Shown piece by piece: positions 34,632 to 45,236 of a stretch of DNA of 60,546 nt. A program made the position numbers and the translations under genes. The notes beneath the pieces are model-generated. The model ran no database searches. It saw only the letters and a program-made list of their open reading frames with translations, and was not told the DNA's origin. Source of the DNA: an uncultured Armatimonadia bacterium (GTDB lineage Bacteria > Armatimonadota > Zipacnadia > CAVVLO01); NCBI GenBank assembly GCA_963749155.1, contig CAVVLO010000006.1, positions 1 to 60,546 on the forward strand, read 5' to 3'. Position 1 is the stretch's first letter, and each line of letters begins with the position of its first letter.

Positions 34632-37600
34632 ATGACAGAACTGCTCTGCGCGTTGCTGTTGCTCGTGTTGCTCGCTTCTCTTGCCTGCGCCGGCCAGTCC
34701 TTGGCCACTGAGCAAGAACTCGCCTCCCTCGTGGGCAAGCCCGCTGACCTTGCCTCCAGCGCCTATGGCTACCGAGCCGACATCTCCGCCGACCGCAACG
34801 CGCCCGAGAGCTGGTTGCTATTGATGCAGTACGCTGGCCAGCCTTTTGACAAGCCTGCCGACCCCTCCGCGCCTGCTATCAAGCGCGTGTTGCGCGCCCT
34901 CCTGTGGGAAGAGGTGCGCCCCATCCGCCGGGTCGAGGTAGTCTGGCCGGAGGGTAAAACACCCCAGCCGGATGCGATTTCCGTATTGTATATGGATGCC
35001 TCTGTCCCTGGCATCCACACCTGGTGGAACCGCCAGGCGCCGGCCCGAGAGGCAACTGGCCCCGAGGTCTCGGCCGATGGGAGGACTTTCACCTACAGTA
35101 TTCCCAGCGACACCTTCGGCGTTCTGGTGTGCGCGAAGGAGCCTGCCACCGCAGCCGATTTCCCCGTGCCTGAGTTGCGCGCCTACGGCACCGAGGTATG
35201 GAAAGAGCTGACCTGCGAGCTGGAATGGGGCTTCGAGGCCGCAACCAGTGCCCTCCTGTATGAGGGCGAACTACAGGCCTACGATGGCGTGATCGGCGCG
35301 CTGCAGCCTCTCTCGACCGATGCCGGCACGACCCTCTCTGGCCCGGACTGGAAGTCCAAACCGAAGAGCGCCGGTCGTCGCGGAGTCCAGTTCAACCTGC
35401 TCTACATTGGCGCTCCCTCTCGTTGGGCGCGTATCTGGCCCTTCGACAGCACGTTGGAGGACGTCAGCCGCACACTGGTGACGGTGACCACTAACCACGG
35501 AGGTTTCACCTTCAAAGCAGCGGATTTGGAGAACGGCCCCATACTCGCGCCGGAGTATGGGTTCTTTGTCCGGAGTCTTACTGCCGTGCAAGCCGTAGAG
35601 GCACCGCCTTCGCTTGTACCTGGGAAACTGCTTGCCGACAAGACGGACTCGCTGCCCGGGGGTGCCACTTATCCGGGGCTGGTCAGAAGGCGGGATGCCC
35701 TGGTTCGGTGTCAACCCGACGGGTGAGACGCAGTCAGCCGGCTCACTCACCATCCCCGCGCGGTCTGTCGCGATGCACCCGAGCGCCTCGAGTGAGATCG
35801 CGGCCGGCTGGCGCAGCCCGCTTGCGGGGCAGGTGACATTCTCCGGCAGCGTCGCAATGGGCGATTCGGCCGGCGGCAACGGCGTCGATTGGTCGGTTGT
35901 GCTGACAGGCTCAGGTGAGCCGCAGCTACTTGCCAGCGGGGCTGTGAGCACTGGAGGTCGGCAGGATAGTACCATCTACAACTGCCAGCGTGAAGCCAGG
36001 CGAGTTGATCTCACTAATACTGGATCCGAAGCAGGGCAACCACGGCTGCGACACTACCGTGGTCGAGTTCCGGGTTGCGGAGCAGGGCGGACAGGAACGT
36101 GGCTGGAGCCTTGCCGATGACGTACTGGACGATGTCCAGGCGAGTAATCCTCATAGTGACCACTTTGGTAATCCGAGATGTCTGGTGGTTCTATGCCGCG
36201 CGCGACAACTCCAGCAAGCCGCCCTTCGAGCGCGCCTCGGCCGCGACCAGCGCGAAAGAATTCCAGGCGGAACTGCAGGCGAAAGGCCTGACGACCCTCC
36301 GCGAGCGCGTTCGCGAGGCCCCCGACCAGACCTGGCTCGGTGCGGTGCGCGCCTTGCATCCAGGTGAGGAGCTTCCGCCCTTCCCCGAGCCGCCTTATGG
36401 CCCCTCGATGGAAGTCGAGGTGCCTTCAGCCGAACTCACCGCGCAGTGGAAACTCGGCGCCTGGCATATCCTGCGCCGGGCGGTGCAAAATGCTGAGGGT
36501 ACATGGCGTTTCAACGATTACCCCTTCGCCTTGCTGGCCTCGGAGAACTATCTCATCCTGCGCGCGCTCGACCTGATGGGGATGCACCAGGAGGCTGCCG
36601 ATGGGCTTGACCAGTGGCTTGAGCTGCCCCTCGACCTGCCCAAGCCTACTGGGTGGTTCTCGGATGGCGCCGGGGTGCTCTCGCATGCCAAAGATTATGT
36701 GCCAGGGGCAGGCTCGGGCGGTTTCCCTGAAGATGTCGGGGGCGGGATGGACTCTGTCCACGCGATGGGACCAGGCGCTATCGGCTATTCGCTTGCCGAA
36801 CACTACCGCCTGACAGGCGATTTAGAGTGGCTTGAGGCTGCTGCCCCGCGCCTGATCGCCAACGCCGACTGGATCCTGCGCCAGCGTAGCCTGGTGGCCG
36901 AGAACGTCCCTGGAGGCCAGCGCCTCTGGTGCAAGGGCCTGCAGCCCGCGCATCAGGTGACGCCCGACAGCGGCGGGATGTTGATGCAGTTCTACGAGTC
37001 GGAAGCCTACTACTGGCTGGCCGTGAAGGAGCTGGCTGACCTCCTCGTAGAGGTCGATCCGGCCGCGGCAAAACGGCTTGCAAAGAAGGCCGAGGCCTAC
37101 CGCGAAGACCTGCTGGCGGCGGTAGAGCGCTCGATTTTGCTCTCACCCGTCTGCCAGGTGCGCGATGGCACCTACCATTCCTTCGTCCCCTTTGGGTGCT
37201 ATGTGCGCGGATTCGCCTCCGAAGGCTGGAACTGGCGCCGGCCCGGCAGTCCCGGCCACGTGAACGGCCTTTACTGGGACACCGTCCAGTCGGCGCTGCC
37301 CCTCTTCAGCCCCGCCGAGTTGCTCCCACCGGATGATGTGCGAGTGCAAGGCTTCCTCGATGTATTGGAGGACCGCCTGCTGCTTGAGAACGAGCGTCTG
37401 ACCGTGCGCACGCCAGGCTACGATCCTGAACGCGACTGGCTGGCCCACGCGGGTTGGCAGTACCAGTGTGGGTTGGAGCGTCAGGCCAATCTGGCGATGG
37501 CGGCAGACGATGCGCCGTGCTTCCTGCGCACCACGCTCAACCAGTATGCGGTAGACATCATCCCGGGCGACTACAACTTCCGCGAGCATACGGTGGGCGG

Positions 37601-37997
37601 CCCGCCGGATAAATCCTTCGAGGAATCGGCCTTCCTCGAGCGGTTCCGCGACCTGCTGGTCTATGAGGCCGGCAATGAACTGTGGCTTTGTCGCGCAGCG
37701 CCGCGAGAATGGCTTAAACAGGGCCAGCGTATCTCGGTGAAACAGGCGCCGACCGCCTTCGGTGAGGTTAGTTATGAGGTGGTCTCGTCAGTGGAGAGAG
37801 GCTATGTCACTGCGATTATCAGCCTGCCTGAGCGTGAGACGCCCGGCGCCGTGGTACTGAGGCTGCGCCACCCAGAGCAACTGCCCATCAAGAGCGTCAC
37901 AGTGGAGGGAACACCCTGGGAGGACTTCAGCCCAGCTAGCGAAACAATCCGGCTGACTGGCTGCTCTGGAGAAGTGCGAGTGAGGATTCAGTACTAA
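34632..37997 (+). CDS. Large secreted hypothetical protein, probable (alpha/alpha)6 glycoside hydrolase-like (frameshifts)
   Basis: Signal peptide; EHYRLTGDLEWL helix motif; C-terminal LLVYE..LWLCRAAPREWL..APTAFGEVSY beta-sandwich typical of six-hairpin glycosidases. Confidence 0.62.
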
Positions 37998-38099
37998 GCT
38001 AACTGCCCAAGCGGCAGGTTCCTGTATCGGGCTGTCGGCGCGAAGCAAGCTAGGGAGTGCAGGAGCAACCCGCTCCTGCGATTTTCAAGGAGGCACCTA

Positions 38100-39404
38100 A
38101 TGAGCAACACCGGCCCTGTCAAGACTCGTCTGTTTTGGACCTGGGACCACAGCACCGAGTGGCTGCTGAACAAGCCAGGGATGCAGAATATGGGCGCGTC
38201 CAACTACTATTCGCGCACGCCCGAAGCTTTTCTGGAGGACTATTCGCGCTTGCTCGTCTGGTGCGGGAAACACCATTTCGATGGCGTCGTGGTCTGGGGA
38301 CTCCTGCGCGACTGCCATGGGGGCGTCGAAGCCGCCAAAAAGCTCTGCGATGTCGCTAACGAAGCTGGCGTCAGGTTGCTCTGCGGGGTCGGACTGAACG
38401 CTTATGGGGGCGTCTACTATGAGGGGGACTCTCCTTACAGTCTCGAACAGCATCTGCTGAAGCAACCAGAGCTGTATGCCAAATTCGAAGATGGCAGAAC
38501 AATGGTCTTCGACTTCGGTATAGCGGGCCGGCGGCTCTCTCACCACGCCTGTCCCTCCCGGAAGGAGAACCAGGAGTTCGCCGTCGAGTCGCTGCAATGG
38601 CTATTCAAGACGCTCCCAGGCCTGGGTGGAGTGCAGATGGAGACGGGCGACACGGGCTTCTGTCGGTGCGAGCTCTGTCAGGCCCGGCGAGAGCATCCCG
38701 AGCCTGGCGCGCCCCAGTCGTGGGACGATATGGCGCTGATGTACCCGATGGCGACAGCGGCTATCAAGTCGGTCTCGCCCGAGGCTTACCTCCTGCTTGA
38801 GACCTACACCCACCCGATGCGCGCCTTCGGCGAGGAGGTGCCGGAATGGATTGGCGACACCGTGCGCGGCTTCCCCGCTGGGACGGTCGTGCAGTGGGTT
38901 TCCGATGGCTATGTGGAACCTAAAGCCCACAACCCCTGGACCGACGCGGGTATGGTCTCGAACGAACGATACGGCAATGTCATCCGCTCGCATATGGCGA
39001 CCACGTGGATGTATCAGCGGCGCGAGGTGGCTGTCGACTGGCTTGCAGATATGGTAAGCCGCTCGATGGCGCACGGGTTCGATGGGGTTTCGATGTTCGG
39101 GGAGGATTCACCCTTCCATGCAGGCGCTGAGCTCAACTACCTGGCGCTGGAGCATTACGGCAGCCCGGCTAACCCAACGGCGGACCTGGACCTTTTTCTC
39201 GATGAGGTCGCGGCGCCGCTGCTGGGTGGGGAAGAGCTGGCTCGCAGGTATCTGGCCATCGCGCGCCTGCAGACGCAGCCTGAACTTATCGCCGAGGCGC
39301 TGGTGGAAGTGGGGCAAATAGCGGGCAAGCTGGCTCCCGACCAGGCCCGGAGATGGCTGTGGCTCGGAAACTTCCTGGCCTCGTATGAGTGGGAGGGGAC
39401 TTAG
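38100..39404 (+). CDS. Hypothetical cytoplasmic protein, probable TIM barrel with a Cys cluster
   Basis: Intact 434-aa ORF, RBS AGGAGG; ACPS and ETGDTGFCRCELC. Confidence 0.7.
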   Translation: MSNTGPVKTRLFWTWDHSTEWLLNKPGMQNMGASNYYSRTPEAFLEDYSRLLVWCGKHHFDGVVVWGLLRDCHGGVEAAKKLCDVANEAGVRLLCGVGLNAYGGVYYEGDSPYSLEQHLLKQPELYAKFEDGRTMVFDFGIAGRRLSHHACPSRKENQEFAVESLQWLFKTLPGLGGVQMETGDTGFCRCELCQARREHPEPGAPQSWDDMALMYPMATAAIKSVSPEAYLLLETYTHPMRAFGEEVPEWIGDTVRGFPAGTVVQWVSDGYVEPKAHNPWTDAGMVSNERYGNVIRSHMATTWMYQRREVAVDWLADMVSRSMAHGFDGVSMFGEDSPFHAGAELNYLALEHYGSPANPTADLDLFLDEVAAPLLGGEELARRYLAIARLQTQPELIAEALVEVGQIAGKLAPDQARRWLWLGNFLASYEWEGT

Positions 39405-39477
39405 GGCTCTATGTGGTTGTTACCAAAACTCGGATTGTACGGCATAATGAGGGTAAGGTGTGAAGGGAGGCCGAAGT

Positions 39478-39861
39478 TTGAGCGAGCGAGTCGATTACTG
39501 GCTGAAAGCGGCAGAATACGACCTGGAAACAGCACAAGCGATGCTCCAGACGGGTAGATACCTTTATGTCGGCTTTATGTGTCACCAGGTCGTTGAAAAA
39601 ACTCTAAAGGCTTGCCTGGCGAAAAAGGGGCAAATTCCTCCACGATTGCATGGGCTTGGCAGACTGGCAGAGCTGGCAAGTGTATATACTCAAATGAGCC
39701 CCTTCCAGCGAGATCTTCTTGACCAGTTGGATCCCCTGAACATCCAGGCGAGGTATCCGGAGGATCGCGAACAACTCGCAAGCCTGCTCACGGCAGAGCG
39801 TTGCCAGGCGCTTTTTGACCAGACCAAGGAGTTGTATCAGTGGATAACAGCCAAGTGTTAG
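39478..39861 (+). CDS. HEPN domain protein
   Basis: WLKAAEYDLETAQAML, FMCHQVVEKTLKA, PRLHGL, ARYP; RBS GGAGG before TTG 39478. Confidence 0.9.
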   Translation: MSERVDYWLKAAEYDLETAQAMLQTGRYLYVGFMCHQVVEKTLKACLAKKGQIPPRLHGLGRLAELASVYTQMSPFQRDLLDQLDPLNIQARYPEDREQLASLLTAERCQALFDQTKELYQWITAKC

Positions 39862-40151
39862 AGCTGGTCCGGCGATTTGCTGAACGCGCCCGAGAGAGCC
39901 TCGATGTGCGAGAAGTTATCCTTTTCGGCTCTTATGCGCGCGGCACGGCAACCGAAACAAGCGACATAGATGTGGCTGTCGTAATCGACACGCCTGTTGA
40001 TGACTGGTGGGAAGCCTCCACCAAGCTTTTCCAGATGCGACGCGACCTCGCTCTTGCTCTGGAGCCAGTATTGCTCGATGCCTCAGCTGACCGATCAGGC
40101 TTCCTTGAGGAGATCCGTCGAACTGGCCAGGTCATTTATCGCCGCGTTTGA
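39840..40151 (+). CDS. Minimal nucleotidyltransferase (MNT), partner of HEPN (toxin-antitoxin-like pair)
   Basis: ILFGSYARG..SDIDVAV; overlaps the end of the HEPN gene. Confidence 0.9.
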   Translation: MDNSQVLELVRRFAERARESLDVREVILFGSYARGTATETSDIDVAVVIDTPVDDWWEASTKLFQMRRDLALALEPVLLDASADRSGFLEEIRRTGQVIYRRV

Positions 40152-40188
40152 GTCTGCCTGGTTTCGGTACAAGGCACTAAGGGTAGAT

Positions 40189-40510
40189 GAAACACTTCGG
40201 ATACACCCTTTACCATCCCAATCCCCCACCCACCCCGGGGATTAGGAATCTGCAATTCGCGTGCCAGACCGGGCCGCCGGACGGCGCTATGGCGAAAGGT
40301 TTACAGAACTTTTACCAGATCTTGGATCGTGCCACAGGTTTCGGGAGCGAAGACTCCCGAAACACGCGGGAGAGGAACTGTTAATGTTGCGACCTTCACA
40401 CCTCGGGCGGGGCTGGGTTTCGGCACTGAAGTACCGAAACACCCAGCCCAAGGGTCGCAGGTCGTGAAGTAGGGGCAAACTGCGCAGGGGGAAGCTCCCC
40501 CTGCACCTCC
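40189..40510. repeat. ~330-bp composite intergenic repeat, copy A
   Basis: Aligns with 44873-45232; contains nested hairpins and a sigma54 site. Confidence 0.9.
40251..40266 (-). promoter_or_regulatory. Sigma54 (-24/-12) promoter
   Basis: Minus strand TGGCACGCGAATTGCA matches TGGCACG-N4-TTGC. Confidence 0.75.
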
Positions 40511-40530
40511 ATAATTGAAAGTCCAAGTCG

Positions 40531-43500
40531 CTACTTCAGCCTGTACACGTGCACCGCCAGCGGGCCGAAGGTGTCGCTGAAGGCGCCGGCTTCGAGGGGG
40601 AGTGACCGGTCCTCAAAGAGCACCTCGACGCTTTCGCCAGCCAGACCGCTCAAGGTGCAGCTTAGTTCTTCGGGGCGTGGATTCACTGCCACCAGCAGGC
40701 GCGAGCCGTCCGCTTCTTCCCATAACTGGGTGTGGATTACTTCCTTGTCGCACTTTACCAGCCCACGCCGTTCCGCCTGGAGGAACACCGGCGCAAGTTC
40801 TGTTATCTCGGCGTTAAGCTTGGTGAAATAGGGCCACATCGGACTGTCCGGCAGCAGCCACTGGTTGCGGCCAGAGGCGTTCTCGGACCAGGGCTCGGTC
40901 GTATACCAGGCGTACCAGACCAGCCCAGTCGCCCCGTGTACGATAGAAAGATACGCCTGGCAGCGCAACTCTTCGTTGGTGGGCTCCGCCCAGGCGTTAT
41001 CAATCGCGAAGGCCTGCGGCACGACCCAGATGGCCACCTTGCCTTTGCCCGCCCGAAGACCTGCCTCAACCCATTCGGCGATGGGCGCCAGGCTTGGAGC
41101 CGCGCTTGGGGTAGATGAGGTAGGGATCCATCATCAGGAAGTCGTAGGCCTTGACCCCGTTGTCGAATACTCCCGGATTGTTGCAGGCGGCCGAAACAGG
41201 CCGATGGGGATCTGCTTTCGCGAACCGCTCATGGGCTTCCATCGCAATCTTCAGCTTCTCGCCGCTTGGCTCATCCACGCCATACCAGGCCAGCAGATTA
41301 TCGTAGCGGTTGACGAAATCTACATACTGCTTGAGCTCTGCCTCGCCAGGCGCGCCGATCTCCGGCAGCACCCACAAACCCAGTCGCTGGGCTATCTCCA
41401 TATACTCCTCGCTGGGCATCCCCCAACTGCGCACCACTGTGTTGAAGCCGTGGTCTTTGCAACTGGTAAGCAACTCGTCCAGCGACAACTCGGGCAGGCC
41501 AAGCTCCTTGCCGCGCGCGTTCACCAGGTCAAGAGCAGGTTCTGACACATGGTATAGCCCGATAGGGAAGAGGGGCTTGCCGTTTACCAGACAGGCGCGT
41601 CTGGTATCGAAAGTGACTTCCACCGGAGCTGGCGGAGTGACCTTTATCTGATGCCGATCGCGTGCGATGAGCTGTTGGGCTTCGTCCTCGAGGTCGATCT
41701 GCAGCTCGTAGTTCGCCAGGTTGAACAGCCTCAAGTGAGCCTTCGAAGCTGACTTCTGCCCGAGGACTAACAGGCTGCGACTGCTGCCAGAGAGGGCGGA
41801 GGCGCCCTTCCGGGATGAGGCTTGCTCTAAGTGAAAGCCCTCCTGTGAAGTCACCTGGATCTCCCACACTCCCAGTCAGGCGAAGCGTCTTGTCGGGATC
41901 GCGCGACTGGACCGTATTCCTGAAGACCGGCGAGAGAAGCGTCAGTTCGAGCACTGGCTCCGGCGTCGCCTGGAAGACACGACTGCTGGCGAGAATCCGG
42001 TCAGGCTCTACAGCGTCCCGAGCTACGATCTGGAAGGCGCGCGAGGTGTCAGTCTCAAGCTTCACCTCAATAGCCAGTTCTACCTGTTGTCCTGCTTCGA
42101 GTTTGGCTACAGGCAGCGCTGTCGCCTGGCCCTGCCTGCCGACCTCTTCGAGCTGCACGCTGAATTCGGCACTCTGACCTGGCAGCGCTGTGGCGACGAC
42201 CGTCACCTGGTTGGCGCCGCCGAACCAGCGCTCTGGAGCGTTTAGCTCAAGCTCCGGCGCCAGTTTGTATTTTTCAAGAGGGGCCTCAATACCGTGCAAT
42301 TTGCCGAAATAGGCGGGTCTGGCGAAGTTGCCGAAGGTCGGCGACCAGCCGGAAAGCTCCCCAGGCAGTGGCCCTCGTCCTGGGTATTCGCGATAGAAGT
42401 TTCCCGTCCAGGCCAGGTCAGCCGGATCATCGGCGCGCAGCTCGAGCGCCGAAAAAGGCAAGAAAAGCTCCGCTGTCCATCTGCCGGGCGCGCGACCAGT
42501 CTTAACCAGCCAGTACCTGTCCCAAAAGGCATCGGCGCCACGCTCATCATACTGGACGCCAGCCGCGTTGACTGCGAAATGAAGGTAGTCCACCCGGCCT
42601 GTAGCAGGGGCAAGAAACACCTCAACACAGTCGTCGGTCCACACGGGGCCATCTCGCTGGACGACTTTGGGGCTGAGCCCTGCCAGATCGCTGTCCCAGC
42701 ACTCAAAGGCCAGATAAAGCCCCTGAGTTGTCTGGCCTACCCGGCAGACGGTGCGTTGGGTGAGGTTTTGGGCGCCGTCCATTGCGACAAAATCCGGTAG
42801 CGTTGCCGCGCTTTGCCATTCCGCCTCGCCGATATCACCGTCCAGCACTGGCGCCTTTGGTAGTGTGGGGAAGGTGACTTCCGGCAGCTGGTTTCTGGCC
42901 GCAAGCGCCGCAGCCTGACGCTGGCTAGCCGCCGCCAGGCGTTCAGGCGACTTTACCCAGGTCATCAGGTTGCTCAGGAAGGGGGGCGAGGGAAAGTTAT
43001 ATTGCCGATACGCGGAGGAGACGACTACGATGCCCTTGCCGATTTCCTGGTAGGCAATGATTGGGCGCCGGTCTTTGTCGGCAAGTAACGGGGTGTAAGC
43101 CTGGGACCAGTAGACCGGATAGGTCCAGGGCACATTTTGAGGCTGAACTCCCTGCATCAGTGGATGGTCTGCCGCGACCCAGGAGGGAGGCGCCTCGCGC
43201 CACTCGTTCATCTGCCCAAGGCAGCCCCACTTGAGCGCGGGATCTACCGCTGACAGCCAGTAAAACATCGGCCCGTAATTGGCGTCGGTTACTACGAGGC
43301 AACCGCCCTTTTCCACCCAGGCGCGCCACTGGGCGCCATACTGACCGAAGTCCTGGGAGTTCTCGATGTTATACCCAGTACCCATTACTACCAGGTCATA
43401 CTCAGCGAGAGAGGCCACCAGATCGGCGATATGGGTGTTCTCGAAGGTCGTAAGCGGCCAGCCCAGTTCAGTGAAGACAGGTTCCTGGTCCCTCTGATAC

Positions 43501-43613
43501 CAGTACGCGCCGTCTTTGAAGGAGCTGTATACGGCGGCGCCACGAGGGGGCTCAGCCTGTACCGCAGAGCTCAAAGCAACCAGAAGCAACCCGATCACCA
43601 TAGCGCGCATCAT
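40531..43613 (-). CDS. Large secreted multidomain protein: CBM9/DOMON-like sugar-binding domain plus C-terminal GH-like TIM barrel (frameshifts)
   Basis: Signal peptide; PVLDGDIGEAEW..LYLAFEC..VWTDDCVEVF; NGKPLFPIGLY, WYGVDEP, IVHGATGLVWY. Confidence 0.68.
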
Positions 43614-43798
43614 CTTGGGCCTCCCAACGGCGAAAAACTGCAGGGCGCAGAAACCACTACTTGCCGGATCCTTCGCCAGGAGAAGGCCGTTACCTGCGGG
43701 TGCAAGGACTACTAAGGGTGCGTGGCTGACCTGCCCCTGTGGGTGTTGCCGGATCGGTGGTAAACTGAAGAGCGAGAACGCTAGAGGGAGCTGCCAGA

Positions 43799-44841
43799 AT
43801 GGACGACCACTTCACCTATATGCCACTTGGACCCTGGGGCGTGTGGTTGAACCGCCTGGTGGTTTGCTTCATCACTTTCCTGGCTCTATTCATAATGGCT
43901 GCCAAGCTCTGGATATGGCCCACTGCTGAGCCTCAAGCCGACACGGGCGGATTGTTGGTTCTACTAGGCATCTCGGTGTTTCTTGTTGCGATGGGTCTGC
44001 GATCTGTCTCGGCGATTACAGTCTCGGGCAAGACACTTCGGTTCCAGTTGGCTTTCGGAACCTGGTCGGTCGCAGTCGACAAGCTGGTGTGCGTCAGAGG
44101 CAGTATCACCTGGGAGGGCGTCCTGACACTTGCTTCCCTCTCCTTCGTCGTACCCGCGCCGTTCTACACACTCCCCTATATGCGATTAAGGATTTCTGGC
44201 CGCAGGTCAGGCGATCCTTATATGACCCAGCTATACCGGCTCCTTGTTTTTCTGACGGAGCACACGCAGGACTGTGATCTTGCTGGCTGGCCTGTGAGGC
44301 CACTCGAGACCGGCGGCATACTAGAGGTCAGAACTGAGAAGGATGGCGCGCGGAGCTTCGCCTGGCCCCGGGCTTTGCTGCTGCGCGAGTTTATACCAAG
44401 CGGAGCGATTGCTCTGGTTTTCGTTTGTTTTCCCGCCTTCTCTCTCGCCCTGGTGTCCAACGCCAATGGCATTAGTTGGGCTGCTGCACTAGTGCGGATC
44501 CCTGTGCTGACTGCTCTCCTTGTCGGTTTGGAGTTGTTCGTGGCCCTTTGGTGGGGGCCCATGCTCTGGACACAACTGCGTGTCACAGTCGGAACCGAGC
44601 TAGAGATTCGCGTCCTGGTGCGGACGATGCGCATCTCCTGGCACTCCGTCACGGCCCTGACCGGTGGGAGTTCACCTCCGGGCTGCTGTTCTACCCAAGT
44701 GGCAGCGGTTACTTGCGGCTGGACTACGTGAACCAGAGCGGTCGCAAGCGCCATATTGTGTTGCCGCCGCTGTTCGGGCTGAACGATGAGTTTGTGAAGG
44801 CGCTCCGTACCAGGCTCGATGCTAGCGTAGAGATGCGGTGA
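43799..44841 (+). CDS. Membrane protein with two TM-hairpin plus bPH-like units, paralog 1 (frameshift near 44665)
   Basis: Four hydrophobic segments; N- and C-termini homologous to 48571..49602. Confidence 0.7.
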
Positions 44842-44872
44842 GGAGTGCACCGGCAAGGTCAGCAACTCCGGC

Positions 44873-45232
44873 GAAACACTTCGGATACACCCTTTACCAT
44901 CCCAATCCCCCACCCACCCCGGGGATTAGGAATCTGCAATTCTCGTGCCAGACAGGGCCTCCGGGCGGCGTTGTGGCGAAAGGTTTACAAAAAATTTACC
45001 GGATCTTGGATCATGCAACAGGTTTCGGGAGCGAAGACTCCCGAAACACGGTCGAGCACCACGGCAACAGGTTTCGGGAGCAAAGACTCCCGAAACACGC
45101 GGGAGAGGGACCGCTAGTGTTATGACTTTCACGCCTCGGGCGGGGCTGGATTTCGGCACTGAAGTACCGAAACACCCAGCCCAAGGGTTGCGGGAAGCTC
45201 CCCCTGCACCCCCAGGCTCGCTTCGCGTCGTT
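44873..45232. repeat. Composite intergenic repeat, copy B (internal hairpin duplicated)
   Basis: Aligns with 40189-40510; caggtttcgggagc..actcccgaaacacg occurs twice (~45019 and ~45068). Confidence 0.9.
44935..44950 (-). promoter_or_regulatory. Sigma54 (-24/-12) promoter
   Basis: Minus strand TGGCACGAGAATTGCA. Confidence 0.75.
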
Positions 45233-45236
45233 GCCC

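Noticed and set aside
40187..40467. Short ORFs inside the composite repeat
   Set aside because: They run through hairpins and a promoter, lack RBSs, and differ in length between the two copies.
40337..45101. GTTTCGGGAG...CTCCCGAAAC palindromes as CRISPR repeats
   Set aside because: At most two adjacent copies with a short spacer, the rest dispersed; no regular array and no cas genes.
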